Assembly: GCA_040954595.2 (NCBI GenBank)
Contig: CM082590.2
Coordinates: forward strand, 1,736,001 to 1,800,000
Direction of reading: 5' to 3'
From: Balanoglossus misakiensis
Lineage: Eukaryota > Animalia > Hemichordata
Length of the DNA: 64,000 nucleotides
Every line of letters begins with the position of its first letter. The first letter of the stretch is position 1. The position numbers were made by a program, and so were the translations under genes. Positions 1 through 14,379 of this stretch are shown piece by piece. The notes beneath the pieces were generated by a model, which made no database searches, had not been told where the DNA came from, and saw only the letters and a list, made by a program, of their open reading frames with translations.

Positions 1-3000
1 TGAACAACTTTACTTGAAGTCAGTACATTGTAAACAGAATACCAGAGTTGTAATAATTTGTCTGGTCACAATATGTCTATAGACACATCACATACATGGA
101 CATGAATGCAAGAATGGACACAGATCATTTATGAAGTCAATGTGAACAACTTTACTTGAAGTCAGTACATTGTAAACAGAATACCAGAGTTGTAATAATT
201 TGTCTGGTCACAATATGTCTATAGACACATCACGTACATGGACACGAAAGAAAGAATGCACACAGATCATTTATGAAGTCAATGTGAACAACTTTAATTG
301 AAGTCAGTACATTGTAAACAGAATACCAGAGTTGTAATAATTTGTCTGGTCACAATATGTCTATAGACACATCATGTACATGGACACGAATGAAAGAATG
401 CACACAGATCATTTATGAAGTCAATGTGAACAACTTTACTTGAAGTCAGTAAATTGTAAACAGAATACCAGAGTTGTAATAATTTGTCTGGTCACAATAT
501 GACTATAGACACATCACGTACATGGACATGAATGCAAGCATGGACACAGATCATTTATGAAGTCAATGTGAACAACTTTACTTGAAGTCAGTACATTGTA
601 AACAGAATACCAGAGTTGTAATAATTTGTCTGGTCACAATATGTCTATAGACACATCATGTACATGGACATGAATGCAAGAATGGACCCAGATCATTTAT
701 GAAGTCAATATGAACAACTTTATTTGATGTCAGTACATTGTAAACAGAATACCACAGTTGTAATAATTTGTCTGGTCACAATATGTCTATAGACACATCA
801 TGTACATGGACATGAATGCAAGAATGGACACAGATCATTTATGAAGTCAATGTGAACAACTTTACTTGAAGTCAGTACATTGTAAACAGAATACCACAGT
901 TGTAATAATTTGTCTGGTCACAATATGTCTATAGACACATCATGTACATGGACATGAATGCAAGAATGGACACAGATCATTTATGAAGTCAATGTGAACA
1001 ACTTTACTTGAAGTCAGTACATTGTAAACAGAATACCACAGTTGTAATAATTTGTCTGGTCACAATATGTCTATAGACACATCATGTACATGGACATGAA
1101 TGCAAGAATGGACACAGATCATTTATGAAGTCAATGTGAACATATTTACTTGAAGTCAGTACATTGTAAACAGAATACCACAGTTGTAATAATTTGTCTG
1201 GTCACAATATGTCTATAGACACATCACGTACATGGACATGAATGCAAGAATGGACACAGATCATTGATGAAGTCAATGTGAACAACTTTACTTGAATTCA
1301 GTACATTGTAAACAGAATACCACAGTTGTAATAATTTGTCTGGTCACAATATGTCTATAGACACATCATGTACATGGACATGAATGCAAGAATGGACACA
1401 GATCATTTATGAAGTCAATGTGAACAACTTTACTTGAAGTCAGTACATTGTAAACAGAATACCACAGTTGTAATAATTTGTCTGGTCACAATATGTCTAT
1501 AGACACATCATGTACATGGACATGAATGCATGAATGGACACAGATCATTTATGAAGTCAATGTGAACAACTTTATTTGATGTCAGTACATTGTAAACAGA
1601 ATACCACAGTTGTAATAATTTGTCTGCTCACAATATGTCTATAGACACATCATGTACATGGACATGAATGCAAGAATTGACCCAGATCATTTATGAAGTC
1701 AATATGAACAACTTTATTTGATGTCAGTACATTGTAAACAGAATACCACAGTTGTAATAATTTGTCTGGTCACAATATGTCTATAGACACATCATGTACA
1801 TGTACATGAATGCAAGAATGGACATAGGTCATTTATGAAGTCAATGTGAACAACTTTACTTGAAGTCAGTACATTGTAAACAGAATACCAGAGTTGTAAT
1901 AATTTGTCTGGTCACAATATGTCTATAGACACATCATGTACATGGACATGAATGCAAGAATGGACACAGATCATTTATGAAGTCAATGTGAACAACTTTA
2001 CTTGAAGTCAGTACATTGTAAACAGAATACCACAGTTGCAATAATTTGTCTGCTCACAATATGTCTATAGACACATCATGTAAATTGACACGAATGAAAG
2101 AATGCACACAGATCATTTATGAAGTCAATTTGAACAACTTAACTTGAATTCAGTACATTGTAAACAGAATACCACAGTTGTAATAATTTGTCTGGTCACA
2201 ATATGTCTATAGACACACCATGTACATGGACATGAATGCAAGAATGGACACAGATCATTTATGAAGTCAATGTGAACAACTTTACTTGAAGTCAGTACAT
2301 TGTAAACAGAATACCAGAGTTGTAATAATTTGTCTGGTCACAATATGTCTATAGACACATCATGTACATGGACATGAATGCAAGAATGGACACAGATCAT
2401 TTATGAAGTCAATGTGAACAACTTTACTTGAAGTCAGTACATTGTAAACAGAATACCACAGTTGCAATAATTTGTCTGCTCACAATATGTCTATAGACAC
2501 ATCATGTAAATTGACACGAATGAAAGAATGCACACAGATCATTTATGAAGTCAATTTGAACAACTTAACTTGAATTCAGTACATTGTAAACAGAATACCA
2601 GAGTTGTAATAATTTGTCTGGTCACAATATGTCTATAGACACACCATGTACATGGACATGAATGCAAGAATGGACACAGATCATTTATGAAGTCAATGTG
2701 AACAACTTTACTTGAAGTCAGTACATTGTAAACAGAATACCAGAGTTGTAATAATTTGTCTGGTCACAATATGTCTATAGACACATCATGTACATGGACA
2801 CGAATGAAAGAATGCACACAGATCATTTATGAAGTCAATGTGAACAACTTTACTTGAAGTCAGTAAATTGTAAACAGAATACCAGAGTTGTAATAATTTG
2901 TCTGGTCACAATATGTCTATAGACACACCATGTACATGGACATGAATGCAAGAATGGACACAGATCATTTATGAAGTCAATGTGAACAACTTTACTTGAA

Positions 3001-6000
3001 GTCAGTACATTGTAAAGAGAATACCACAGTTGTATTAATTTGTCTGGTCACATTATGTCTATAGACACACCATGTACATGGACATGAATGCAAGAATGGA
3101 CCCAGATCATTTATGAAGTCAATATGAACAACTTTATTTGATGTCAGTACATTGTTAACAGAATACCAGAGTTGTAATAATTTGTCTGGTCACAATATGT
3201 CTATAGACACATCATGTACATGGACATGAATGCAAGAATGGACACAGATCATTTATGAAGTCAATGTGAACAACTTTACTTGAAGTCAGTACATTGTTAA
3301 CAGAATACCACAGTTGTAATAATTTGTCTGGTCACAATATGTCTATAGACACATCATGTACATGGACATGAATGCAAGAATGGACCCAGATCATTTATGA
3401 AGTCAATATGAACAACTTTATTTGATGTCAGTACATTGTTAACAGAATACCACAGTTGTAATAATTTGTCTGGTCACAATATGTCTATAGACACATCATG
3501 TACATGGACATGAATGCAAGAATGGACACAGATCATTTATGAAGTCAATGTGAACAACTTTACTTGAAGTCAGTACATTGTTAACAGAATACCAGAGTTG
3601 TAATAATTTGTCTGGTCACAATATGTCCATAGACCCATCATGTACATGGACATGAATGCAAGAATGGACCCAGATCATTTATGAAGTCAATATGAACAAC
3701 TTTATTTGATGTCAGTACATTGTTAACAGAATACCAGAGTTGTAATAATTTGTCTGGTCACAATATGTCCATAGACCCATCATGTACATGGACATGAATG
3801 CAAGAATGGACCCAGATCATTTATGAAGTCAATATGAACAACTTTATTTGATGTCAGTACATTGTTAACAGAATACCACAGTTGTAATAATTTGTCTGGT
3901 CACAATATGTCTATAGACACATCATGTACATGGACATGAATGCAAGAATGGACACAGATCATTTATGAAGTCAATGTGAACAACTTTACTTGAAGTCAGT
4001 AAATTGTAAACAGAATACCACAGTTGTAATAATTTGTCTGGTCACAATATGTCTATAGACACATCATGTACATGGACATGAATGCAAGAATGGACACAGA
4101 TCATTTATGAAGTCAATGTGAACAACTTTACTTGACGTCAGTACATTGTAAACAGAATACCACAGTTGCAATAATTTGTCTGCTCACAATATGTCTATAG
4201 ACACATCATGTAAATTGACACGAATGAAAGAATGCACACAGATCATTTATGAAGTCAATGTGAACAACTTTACTTGAAGTCAGTACATTGTAAACAGAAT
4301 ACCACAGTTGTAATAATTTGTCTGGTCACAATATGTCTATAGACACATCACGTACATGGACATGAATGCAAGAATGGACACAGATCATATATGAAGTCAA
4401 TGTGAACAACTTTACTTGAAGTCAGTACATTGTAAACAGAATACCAGAGTTGTAATAATTTGTCTGGTCACAATATGTCTATAGACACATCACGTACATG
4501 GACACGAATGAAAGAATGCGCACAGATCATTTATGACGTCAATGTGAACAACTTTATTTGATGTCAGTACATTGTAAACAGAATACCACAGTTGTAATAA
4601 TTTGTCTGGTCACAATATGTCTATAGACACATCATGTACATGGACATGAATGCAAGAATGGACACAGATCATTTATGAAGTCAATGTGAACAACTTTACT
4701 TGAAGTCAGTACATTGTAAACAGAATACCACAGTTGTAATAATTTGTCTGGACACAATATGTCTATAGACACATCATGTACATGGACATGAATGCAAGAA
4801 TGGACCCAGATCATTTATGAAGTCAATATGAACAACTTTATTTGATGTCAGTAAATTGTTAACAGAATACCACAGTTGTAATAATTTGTCTGGTCACAAT
4901 ATGTCTATAGACACATCATGTACATGGACATGAATGCAAGAATGGACACAGATCATTTATGAAGTCAATGTGAACAACTTTACTTGAAGTCAGTACATTG
5001 TTAACAGAATACCACAGTTGTAATAATTTGTCTGGTCACAATATGTCTATAGACACATCATGTACATGGACATGAATGCAAGAATGGACCCAGATCATTT
5101 ATGAAGTCAATATGAACAACTTTATTTGATGTCAGTACATTGTTAACAGAATACCACAGTTGTAATAATTTGTCTGGTCACAATATGTCCATAGACCCAT
5201 CATGTACATGGACATGAATGCAAGAATGGACCCAGATCATTTATGAAGTCAATATGAACAACTTTATTTGATGTCAGTACATTGTTAACAGAATACCAGA
5301 GTTGTAATAATTTGTCTGGTCACAATATGTCCATAGACCCATCATGTACATGGACATGAATGCAAGAATGGACCCAGATCATTTATGAAGTCAATATGAA
5401 CAACTTTATTTGATGTCAGTACATTGTTAACAGAATACCACAGTTGTAATAATTTGTCTGGTCACAATATGTCTATAGACACATCATGTACATGGACATG
5501 AATGCAAGAATGGACACAGATCATTTATGAAGTCAATGTGAACAACTTTACTTGAAGTCAGTACATTGTAAACAGAATACCACAGTTGCAATAATTGTCT
5601 GCTCACAATATGTCTATAGACACATCATGTAAATTGACACGAATGAAAGAATGCACACAGATCATTTATGAAGTCAATGTGAACAACTTTACTTGAAGTC
5701 AGTACATTGTAAACAGAATACCAGAGTTGTAATAATTTGTCTGGTCACAATATGTCTATAGACACATCACGTACATGGACATGAATGCAATAATGGACCC
5801 AGATCATTTATGAAGTCAATAAGAACAATTTTATTTGATGTCAGTACATTGTAAACAGAATACCACAGTTGCAATAATTTGTCTGCTCACAATATGTCTA
5901 TAGACACATCATGTAAATTGACACGAATGAAAGAATGCACACAGATCATTTATGAAGTCAATGTGAACAACTTTACTTGAAGTCAGTACATTGTAAACAG

Positions 6001-9000
6001 AATACCACAGTTGTAATAATTTGTCTGGTCACAATATGTCTATAGACACATCACGTACATGGACATGAATGCAAGAATGGACACAGATCATATATGAAGT
6101 CAATGTGAACAACTTTACTTGAAGTCAGTACATTGTAAACAGAATACCAGAGTTGTAATAATTTGTCTGGTCACAATATGTCTATAGACACATCACGTAC
6201 ATGGACACGAATGAAAGAATGCGCACAGATCATTTATGACGTCAATGTGAACAACTTTATTTGATGTCAGTACATTGTAAACAGAATACCACAGTTGTAA
6301 TAATTTGTCTGGTCACAATATGTCTATAGACACATCATGTACATGGACATGAATGCAAGAATGGACACAGATCATTTATGAAGTCAATGTGAACAACTTT
6401 ACTTGAAGTCAGTACATTGTAAACAGAATACCACAGTTGTAATAATTTGTCTGGTCACAATATGTCTATAGACACACCATGTACATGGACATGAATGCAA
6501 GAATGGACCCAGATCATTTATGAAGTCAATATGAACAACTTTATTTGATGTCAGTAAATTGTTAACAGAATACCACAGTTGTAATAATTTGTCTGGTCAC
6601 AATATGTCTATAGACACATCATGTACATGGACATGAATGCAAGAATGGACACAGATCATTTATGAAGTCAATGTGAACAACTTTACTTGAAGTCAGTACA
6701 TTGTAAACAGAATACCACAGTTGTAATAATTTGTCTGGACACAATATGTCTATAGACACATCACGTACATGGACATGAATGCAAGAATGGACACAGATCA
6801 TTTATGAAGTCAATGTGAACAACTTTACTTGAAGTCAGTACATTGTAAACAGAATACCACAGTTGTAATAATTTGTCTGGTCACAATATGTCTATAAACA
6901 CATCACATACATGGACATGAATGCAAGAATGGACACAGATCATTTATGAAGTCAATGTGAACAACTTTACTTGAATTCAGTACATTGTAAACAGAATACC
7001 AGAGTTGTAATAATTTGTCTGGTCACAATATGTCTATAGACACATCATGTACATGGACATGAATGCAAGAATGGACACAGATCATTTATGAAGTCAATGT
7101 GAACAACTTTACTTGAAGTCAGTACATTGTAAACAGAATACCACAGTTGTAATAATTTGTCTGATCACAATATGTCTATAGACATATCACGTACATGGAC
7201 ATGAATGCAAGAATGGACACAAATCATTTATGAAGTCAATGTGAACAACTTTACTTGAAGTCAGTACATTGTAAACAGAATACCACAGTTGTAATAATTT
7301 GTCTGGTCACAATATGTCTATAGACACATCATGTACATGGACATGAATGCAAGAATTGACAAAGATCTTTTATGAAGTCAACGTGAACAACTTTACTTGA
7401 AGTCAGTACATTGTAAACAGAATACCACAGTTGTAATAATTTGTCTGGTCACAATATGTCTATAGACACATCTTGTACATGGACATGAATGCAAGAATGG
7501 ACACAGATCATTTATGAAGTCAATGTGAACAACTTTACTTGAAGTCAGTACATTGTAAACAGAATACCACAGTTGCAATAATTGTCTGCTCACAATATGT
7601 CTATAGACACATCATGTAAATTGACACGAATGAAAGAATGCACACAGATCATTTATGAAGTCAATGTGAACAACTTTACTTGAAGTCAGTACATTGTAAA
7701 CAGAATACCAGAGTTGTAATAATTTGTCTGGTCACAATATGTCTATAGACACATCACGTACATGGACATGAATGCAATAATGGACCCAGATCATTTATGA
7801 AGTCAATAAGAACAATTTTATTTGATGTCAGTACATTGTTAACAGAATACCACAGTTGTAATAATTTGTCTGGTCACAATATGTCTATAGACACATCATG
7901 TACATGGACATGAATGCAAGAATGGACACAGATCATTTATGAAGTCAATGTGAACAACTTTACTTGAAGTCAGTACATTGTAAACAGAATACCACAGTTG
8001 TAATAATTTGTCTGGACACAATATGTCTATAGACACATCACGTACATGGACATGAATGCAAGCATGGACACAGATCATTTATGAAGTCAATATGAACAAC
8101 TTTATTTGATGTCAGTACATTGTTAACAGAATACCACAGTTGTAATAATTTGTCTGGTCACAATATGTCTATAGACACATCATGTACATGGACATGAATG
8201 CAAGAATGGACACAGATCATTTATGAAGTCAATGTGAACAACTTTACTTGAAGTCAGTACATTGTAAACAGAATACCACAGTTGTAACAATTTGTCTGGT
8301 CACAATATGTCTATAGACACATCATGTACATGGACATGAATGCAAGAATGGACACAGATCATTTATGAAGTCAATGTGAACAACTTTACTTGAAGTCAGT
8401 ACATTGTAAACAGAATACCACAGTTGTAATAATTTGTCTGGTCACAATATGTCTATAGACACATCATGTACATGGACATGAATGCAAGAATGGACACAGA
8501 TCATTTATGAAGTCCATGTGAACAACTTTACTTGAAGTCAGTACATTTTAAACAGAATACCACAGTTGCCATTATTTGTCTGCTCACAATATGTCTATAG
8601 ACACATCATGTAAATTGACACGAATGAAAGAATGCACACAGATCATTTATGAAGTCAATGTGAACAACTTTACTTGAAGTCAGTACATTGTAAACAGAAT
8701 ACCAGAGTTGTAATAATTTGTCTGGTCACAATATGTCTATAGACACATCACATACATCGACATGAATGCGAGAATGGACACAGATCATTTATGAAGTCAA
8801 TGTGAACAACTTTACTTGAAGTCAGTACATTGTAAACAGAATACCAAAGTTGTAATAATTTGTCTGGACACAATATGTCTATAGACACATCACGTACATG
8901 GACATGAATGCAAGAATGGACACAGATCATTTGTGAAGTCAATATGAACAACTTTATTTGATGTCAGTACATTGTAAACAGAATACCAGAGTTGTAATAA

Positions 9001-10002
9001 TTTGTCTGGTCACAATATGTCTATAGACACATCATGTACATGGACATGAATGCAAGAATGGACACAGATCATTTATGAAGTCAATATGAACAACTTTACT
9101 TGAAGTCAGTAAATTGTAAACAGAATACCAGAGTTGTAATAATTTGTCTGCTCACAATATGTCTATAGACACATCACGTATATGGACATGAATGCAAGAA
9201 TGGACACAGATCATTTATGAAGTCAATGTGAACAACTTTACTTGAAGTCAGTACATTGTAAACAGAATACCACAGTTGTAATAATTTGTCTGGTCACAAT
9301 ATGTCTATAGACACATCACGTACATCGACATGAATGCAAGAATGGACACAGATCATTTATGAAGTCAATGTGAACAACTTTACTTGAAGTCAGTACATTG
9401 TAAACAGAATACCAGAGTTGTAATAATTTGTCTGGTCACAATATGTCTATAGACACATCACGTACATGGACATGAATGCAAGAATGGACACAGATCATTT
9501 ATGAAGTCAATGTGAACAACTTTACTTGAAGTCAGTACATTGTAAACAGAATACCAGAGTTGTAATAATTTGTCTGGTCACAATATGTCTATAGACACAT
9601 CACGTACATGGACATGAATGCAAGAATGGACACAGATCATTTATGAAGTCAATGTGAACAACTTTACTTGAAGTCAGTACATTGTAAACAGAATACCACA
9701 GTTGTAATAATTTGTCTGGTCACAATATGTCTATAGACACATCACGTACATGGACATGAATGCAAGAATGGACACAGATCATTTATGAAGTCAATGTGAA
9801 CAACTTTACTTGAAGTCAGTACATTGTGAACAGAATACCAGAGTTGTAATAATTTGTCTGGTCACAATATGTCTATAGACACATCATGTACATGGACACG
9901 AATGAAAGAATGCACACAGATCATTTATGAAGTCAATGTCAACAACTTTACTTGAAGTCAGTACATTGTAAACAGAAGGCCAGAGTTGTCATAATTTGTC
10001 TG
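1..10002. repeat. 142-bp satellite array, block 1 (~70 monomers; continues beyond window start)
   Basis: Head-to-tail monomer TGAACAACTTTACTTGAAGTCAGTACATTG...CACAATATGTCTATAGACACATCATGTACATGGACATGAATGCAAGAATGGACACAGATCATTTATGAAGTCAATG recurs with period 142. Confidence 0.98.
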
Positions 10003-10220
10003 AAATTAGTGGCTGCCTCTGTGGAACTCTACTGATATAATAATTGTACAGGAAAACACGTCTTGCATACAATTACACCTGAAACACTCGAACAGTATAA
10101 ATGCTTGAAAACTAGTGGGCTAATGGGAAGGAACAGAATGCGACACACTCATGGGTTGGCGGAAACTTGGCAAAATCTTTAATATGCCGATGAAAAAGAG
10201 TTTGACAAAACCAGCTCCAA
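10003..10220 (-). repeat. Split direct repeat B2 (218 bp)
   Basis: Matches 10441-10658 with 2 mismatches seen. Confidence 0.93.
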
Positions 10221-10303
10221 CCACTTATAAACCATGTGAATAAAGGTAAATAAAATAAAAATAACAAACATACAAGGAAAAGCCATGGGTAGTGGTGGGT
10301 GGG

Positions 10304-10440
10304 GTTTTAAGCGAGCGACTGCTCGGAAAAAGTGACTCTACAAGATGGCGGAAGCCCTACAAAAGTAGCAATTCTCTCCGGAAGGCGGGAAGACGCACTA
10401 CACAGAGGGCGCCCCAAATTACACCCAAGGGGTTGGGCCT
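10304..10440 (-). repeat. Split direct repeat A2 (137 bp)
   Basis: Matches 14243-14379 with 1 mismatch seen; abuts B1 at GGGCCT|AAATTA. Confidence 0.93.
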
Positions 10441-10658
10441 AAATTAATGGCTGCCTCTGTGGAACTCTACTGATATAATAATTGTACAGGAAAACACGTC
10501 TTGCATACAAATACACCTGAAACACTCGAACAGTATAAATGCTTGAAAACTAGTGGGCTAATGGGAAGGAACAGAATGCGACACACTCATGGGTTGGCGG
10601 AAACTTGGCAAAATCTTTAATATGCCGATGAAAAAGAGTTTGACAAAACCAGCTCCAA
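10441..10658 (-). repeat. Split direct repeat B1 (218 bp)
   Basis: Direct copy of 10003-10220. Confidence 0.93.
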
Positions 10659-10865
10659 GCCGCCAAACCAGGGGAGGGGAAGCATTCAGGGAGTTCCCAT
10701 TAGCGAGTAAAATACAAAACTGCCTAGGAACTTACTAGAAAGATACCTAACACATTGGAGAAAAGATGTGAAAACTTCAAGACTGATGAAGTGGGAACGC
10801 AAATGCTCTTGTATGAGGGTGGTGACTGAGCAGCACTTTTGTGTGGGAACATGGACAGTGAAAGC

Positions 10866-13005
10866 TTACAGGTCATAGTGAAAATTAGTGAAATATGTGA
10901 CTGGCACTGCCACCTCTATCACATGCATACTATTGGTTAACTCATGAAATTCAAAACTGTGATGCTGAGAAATGTGCCATCTGCTTAAATGGTCAGCTAA
11001 GCGATTATCCTGACCCTGAATATGCACCGCTTTAAGTTCAAAACTATTGAGTGCGGACACTAGCCATAACTCTCGTAAATATTGAAGCATATGGAGGTCT
11101 CGTGAGCGACCTGAATTAATGACAGTGACTGTTGCCATATTATCGCAAAACACCTGAATGCGCTGGCCTTTCCACAGATGGCCCCCACAGACGACACGCA
11201 ACAAGCACTGTTAAAAGTTCTAACGCATTAATATGTAAACCCTGACTAGTAACAGGTAAAGGAAATTCTGTGTGAAAATACAGTCCTTGAGAAAAGCCCC
11301 CGCAGCCTGAGAGGCAGGCGTCAGTAGAAAAAACGGCATCTGGTGTACTCCATCTAGAAGCTGGGATAACAGATACTCCGTTGTATAAAGGTAAAAAGGT
11401 ACGCCACCAAACTAAGTCAGCGAAGAATTGCGAATCTAGAAAAATGCGAGGTGATTTAAACTGCTGTCTAAGTAACTGTAACATACGGGAGAAAAACACT
11501 CGTCCTGAGCGAACACATGTGGCAACTGAATTAAGCTTGCCTAACAAAGACTGAAATTGACGCTTGGGAACAGAGACTTTTGTGTCCCACTCATCAAGCT
11601 CTGTGAGTAGGGTGGATAACTTGTGTGCTGGAATGCGCATGGTCATAGACACAGTGTCGAATTCAATACCGAGAAAAACCATGCAAGTGGACGGCGCTAC
11701 TGCTTTATCCTGCGCCTCCTCTAGACCGAGCTGTGATAAAAGTCGACCAAGGGATTCAAAGGCTGCCATGGCTTTGTCTGGCGCCTCTGCACCCCCAAAA
11801 TCATCTAAATAATTGATGCCAGCGTAACCATTCTGTCTAAATAAATACATAACTGCATTTGTGGTACGTTGGCAGGCTAATGCAGCAGAGCGAAGCCCGA
11901 AGGGAAAAACACGATCAAAAAAGAATAAATGATGCCATGAAAAACCAAGGAGATTATAATCTCGAGGGTCAATGAAAATTTGCCGATATGCTCGGCGTAA
12001 GTCTCTCTTGTATAACAGGCAACCGGGGCCTTTGTCCTGGATAATTTGTGAGAAATGATCTAAATATGGGTACGGCAGTTTTATGTGATAACCATCATAA
12101 AAGTCTGAAGAGATTCCGTCATTGACAGAAAAGTGTTCTGGAAAGCTGAGGTCCATGACGACGCGACGGCGTGAAGAGTCCTTTTTGGGCACAGTTTGAA
12201 GTGGAGACACCACGAACCCGTGAGGAAATGGGCTGATTGTGAAAGGTCCGGCTGTGGCCCCAGCGGCGACTTCAGTGCTGATGAAGTGGTCCACATCGTC
12301 GGGAAACATCAAGGCCGAAGGGTGATTACGGATGTCGAAGACTGGTAACGTGTCACGGGTATAACCGATAGGCCAGCCAAAATGGTGATAGTCACAAATG
12401 ATATTGTCAGCATAATGTGCCAGCAGTGATCTCCATAACGGCAACACTAATTTAGTCGGAACGGGATATTTGAGACCTTGGTAGTTTGGTAACCCGGATG
12501 TAGAAACTTGCGCATGTAAGGCACAAATATTGGCTAAAGAAAGTTCCGATGAGGGAGACGTGCTCGACGGAAAGTTTAAATACAGCGATGTCAGAGGCGA
12601 AGCTGAAATCGGAGGAATTGTTACAATATTTGAAGTGGACGAGGACGGTGGGTCCTCGTTCGCTGAGTGAGACACAATGTCAGATGATGCGGCTGTATGG
12701 CCTGTGCTCGACGGAAAGTTTAAATACAGCGATGTCAGCGGCGAAGCTGAAATCGGAGGAATTGTTACAATATTTGAAGTGGACGAGGACGGTGGGTCCT
12801 TGTTCGCTGAGTGAGACACAATGTCAGATGATGCGGCTGTATGGCCTGAGATACATGAAGGGCGTGGTGTATGTGACCAGGGAGCCCGAATGTTAGCGTA
12901 GGACGGTGACCGAGCGCTAGAAAATTCTGCCAATGCAGAAGTGTACAGAATGTTCTGTGAGGAAGAGACGGAACACAATGTAGTCTCTGTGAACATGGGA
13001 GTCAA
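10866..13005 (-). CDS. Reverse transcriptase / RNase H polyprotein (Ngaro/DIRS type) with one frameshift near 11184
   Basis: RT motifs RRVVMDLS, KRDLRRAYRQI, FPFGLRSA, NYLDDF, FLGIEFD. RNase H motifs STDACLSGCGG and HINALELL, then in the adjacent frame VFCDN and NRLADHLSR. Removing one G from TGGGGGC restores RLWGHLWKGQRIQVFCDN. Confidence 0.92.
12560..12847. repeat. In-frame 144-bp tandem duplication in the RT ORF N-terminus
   Basis: GHTAASSDIVSHSAN..DPPSSSTSNIVTIPPISASPLTSLYLNFPSST occurs twice; DNA period is 144. Confidence 0.9.
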
Positions 13006-13020
13006 CCCAACAACTGAAGT

Positions 13021-14199
13021 TCAGTCCGAATTAGATGTATTACTATTGGAGCTGTCATTCTTCTTGCTGGTGGCGAGGTGGCAGTCTTTGCCGCTGTGAG
13101 GTGTGGCTGTGTTGTTAATTTTGAAACAGCGATAGCAGATGTGGCGTCTAAAACACTTGTCGCCCCATTCGCATGTCTGGAGGTTGTACTTGTAACAAAT
13201 ATCGCTCTTCTTGACGGCCTGTGTCTTGCCGCTATCAGTGCCTTGTTTGACGGATTTCAGGGTGTCGGGTGAGAGAAGTTCTTTTTCATAACGGTCGAAG
13301 CAGTCTTGCCAACGTAGTTCTGCGCTTTGTATCTTTTCTAAGATGGTACCGTGGAAATTCAGTACGTCTGACCAATCGTGCTTATGAGCGAGTCTCATTA
13401 AGTTCTGGAGATGCAGTGATCTGGGAGCGCGTTCCTCAGACGAGATGGGCAGGTAGACGGAGTTGAGTATTTCTAATTCACCTCTGACCAGTTGTGCGAT
13501 GGTTAAGTTGTCGAATTTGGGGACTTTTCCTCCTTTTTCGCGAGGTAGGCGCAAATGTGGCCATTTCACTCTGGATTCGTCTGTGAAGCTAGGGGCTTGA
13601 GAGTCACGAGGGGACTTTCCTGGCTTACCTTGTGACATGTAGCCGATCGGCCATTCAGCACGAGTAGACTGTCCGATGGACGTTGGCAATGCGGAGGCGC
13701 CAAATGCCGAATTCACGATGTGAGAGAGTTGTGCGTCGACTGCTTGGTTGGCCGCTGGGTTTTGACGAAGGGTGTCCAGTGTTGGTGGACAGCCGTTGCC
13801 CGACGATAAAGGGATCGATGGAGGCGGTTGCACGAGACTTGTGTTGGCATCCCGCACTCGGAGGGCGGCAAGTTCGTGTTCTAGTTCTGAGATGCCGGAG
13901 CGGGTCTGTAATGCACGCTGCTCTCGTTTCTGCAGTAGGAGTTGCTTTTCCTGTAACAGTTCTGCCTGTCTGGCTTGTAGATCTTCGAGCTGGAGTGAGT
14001 CAGTCTGTTCGACGACGACGGATGTGGTGGGAATGGCAGAGCTTCCATCTGCGCCTTGCGGTTGGGGCACGCCTGTGCAGTTTGGGCCTGGCTGTAACCC
14101 AAGAGCGCGATGCCCTTTTACTGCTTGTTTGCAGCCAGAGCAGTTGGGAGTCCGCCTTTCTGACTGTGGGAGAGTTTTGCTGTCTGAGTGGTCGGACAT
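13021..14199 (-). CDS. Gag-like ORF1 (392 aa) with coiled-coil-like segment and C-terminal Cys/His zinc finger
   Basis: Intact ATG-started ORF upstream of RT. C-terminal ICYKYNLQTCEWGDKCFRRHICYRC...HSGKDC resembles Ngaro ORF1 zinc fingers. N-terminal CSGC..H...C motif. Confidence 0.85.
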   Translation of the reverse strand: MSDHSDSKTLPQSERRTPNCSGCKQAVKGHRALGLQPGPNCTGVPQPQGADGSSAIPTTSVVVEQTDSLQLEDLQARQAELLQEKQLLLQKREQRALQTRSGISELEHELAALRVRDANTSLVQPPPSIPLSSGNGCPPTLDTLRQNPAANQAVDAQLSHIVNSAFGASALPTSIGQSTRAEWPIGYMSQGKPGKSPRDSQAPSFTDESRVKWPHLRLPREKGGKVPKFDNLTIAQLVRGELEILNSVYLPISSEERAPRSLHLQNLMRLAHKHDWSDVLNFHGTILEKIQSAELRWQDCFDRYEKELLSPDTLKSVKQGTDSGKTQAVKKSDICYKYNLQTCEWGDKCFRRHICYRCFKINNTATPHSGKDCHLATSKKNDSSNSNTSNSD

Positions 14200-14242
14200 A
14201 TTGTGACGACAAAGCGGCGAAAAAGACGGATTTTTGGGAGAA

Positions 14243-14379
14243 GTTTTAAGCGAGCGACTGCTCGGAAAAAGTGACTCTACAAGATGGCGGAAGCCCTACA
14301 AAAGTAGCAATTCACTCCGGAAGGCGGGAAGACGCACTACACAGAGGGCGCCCCAAATTACACCCAAGGGGTTGGGCCT
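14243..14379 (-). repeat. Split direct repeat A1 (5' end of element, 137 bp)
   Basis: Direct copy of 10304-10440. Confidence 0.93.

Larger units (their letters stand above)
10003..14379 (-). mobile_element. Ngaro-like (DIRS order) retrotransposon with split direct repeats, lacking a tyrosine recombinase ORF
   Basis: In element sense the order is A1, gag-like ORF, RT/RNase H, B1, A2, B2. The flanks rejoin to an intact monomer (TTTGTCTG|ATCACAATATG) with no TSD. Confidence 0.92.

Noticed and set aside
11564-14249. Plus-strand ORFs antisense to gag/RT as a hidden recombinase
   Set aside because: Short shadows of the coding strand with no R-H-R-Y type motifs.
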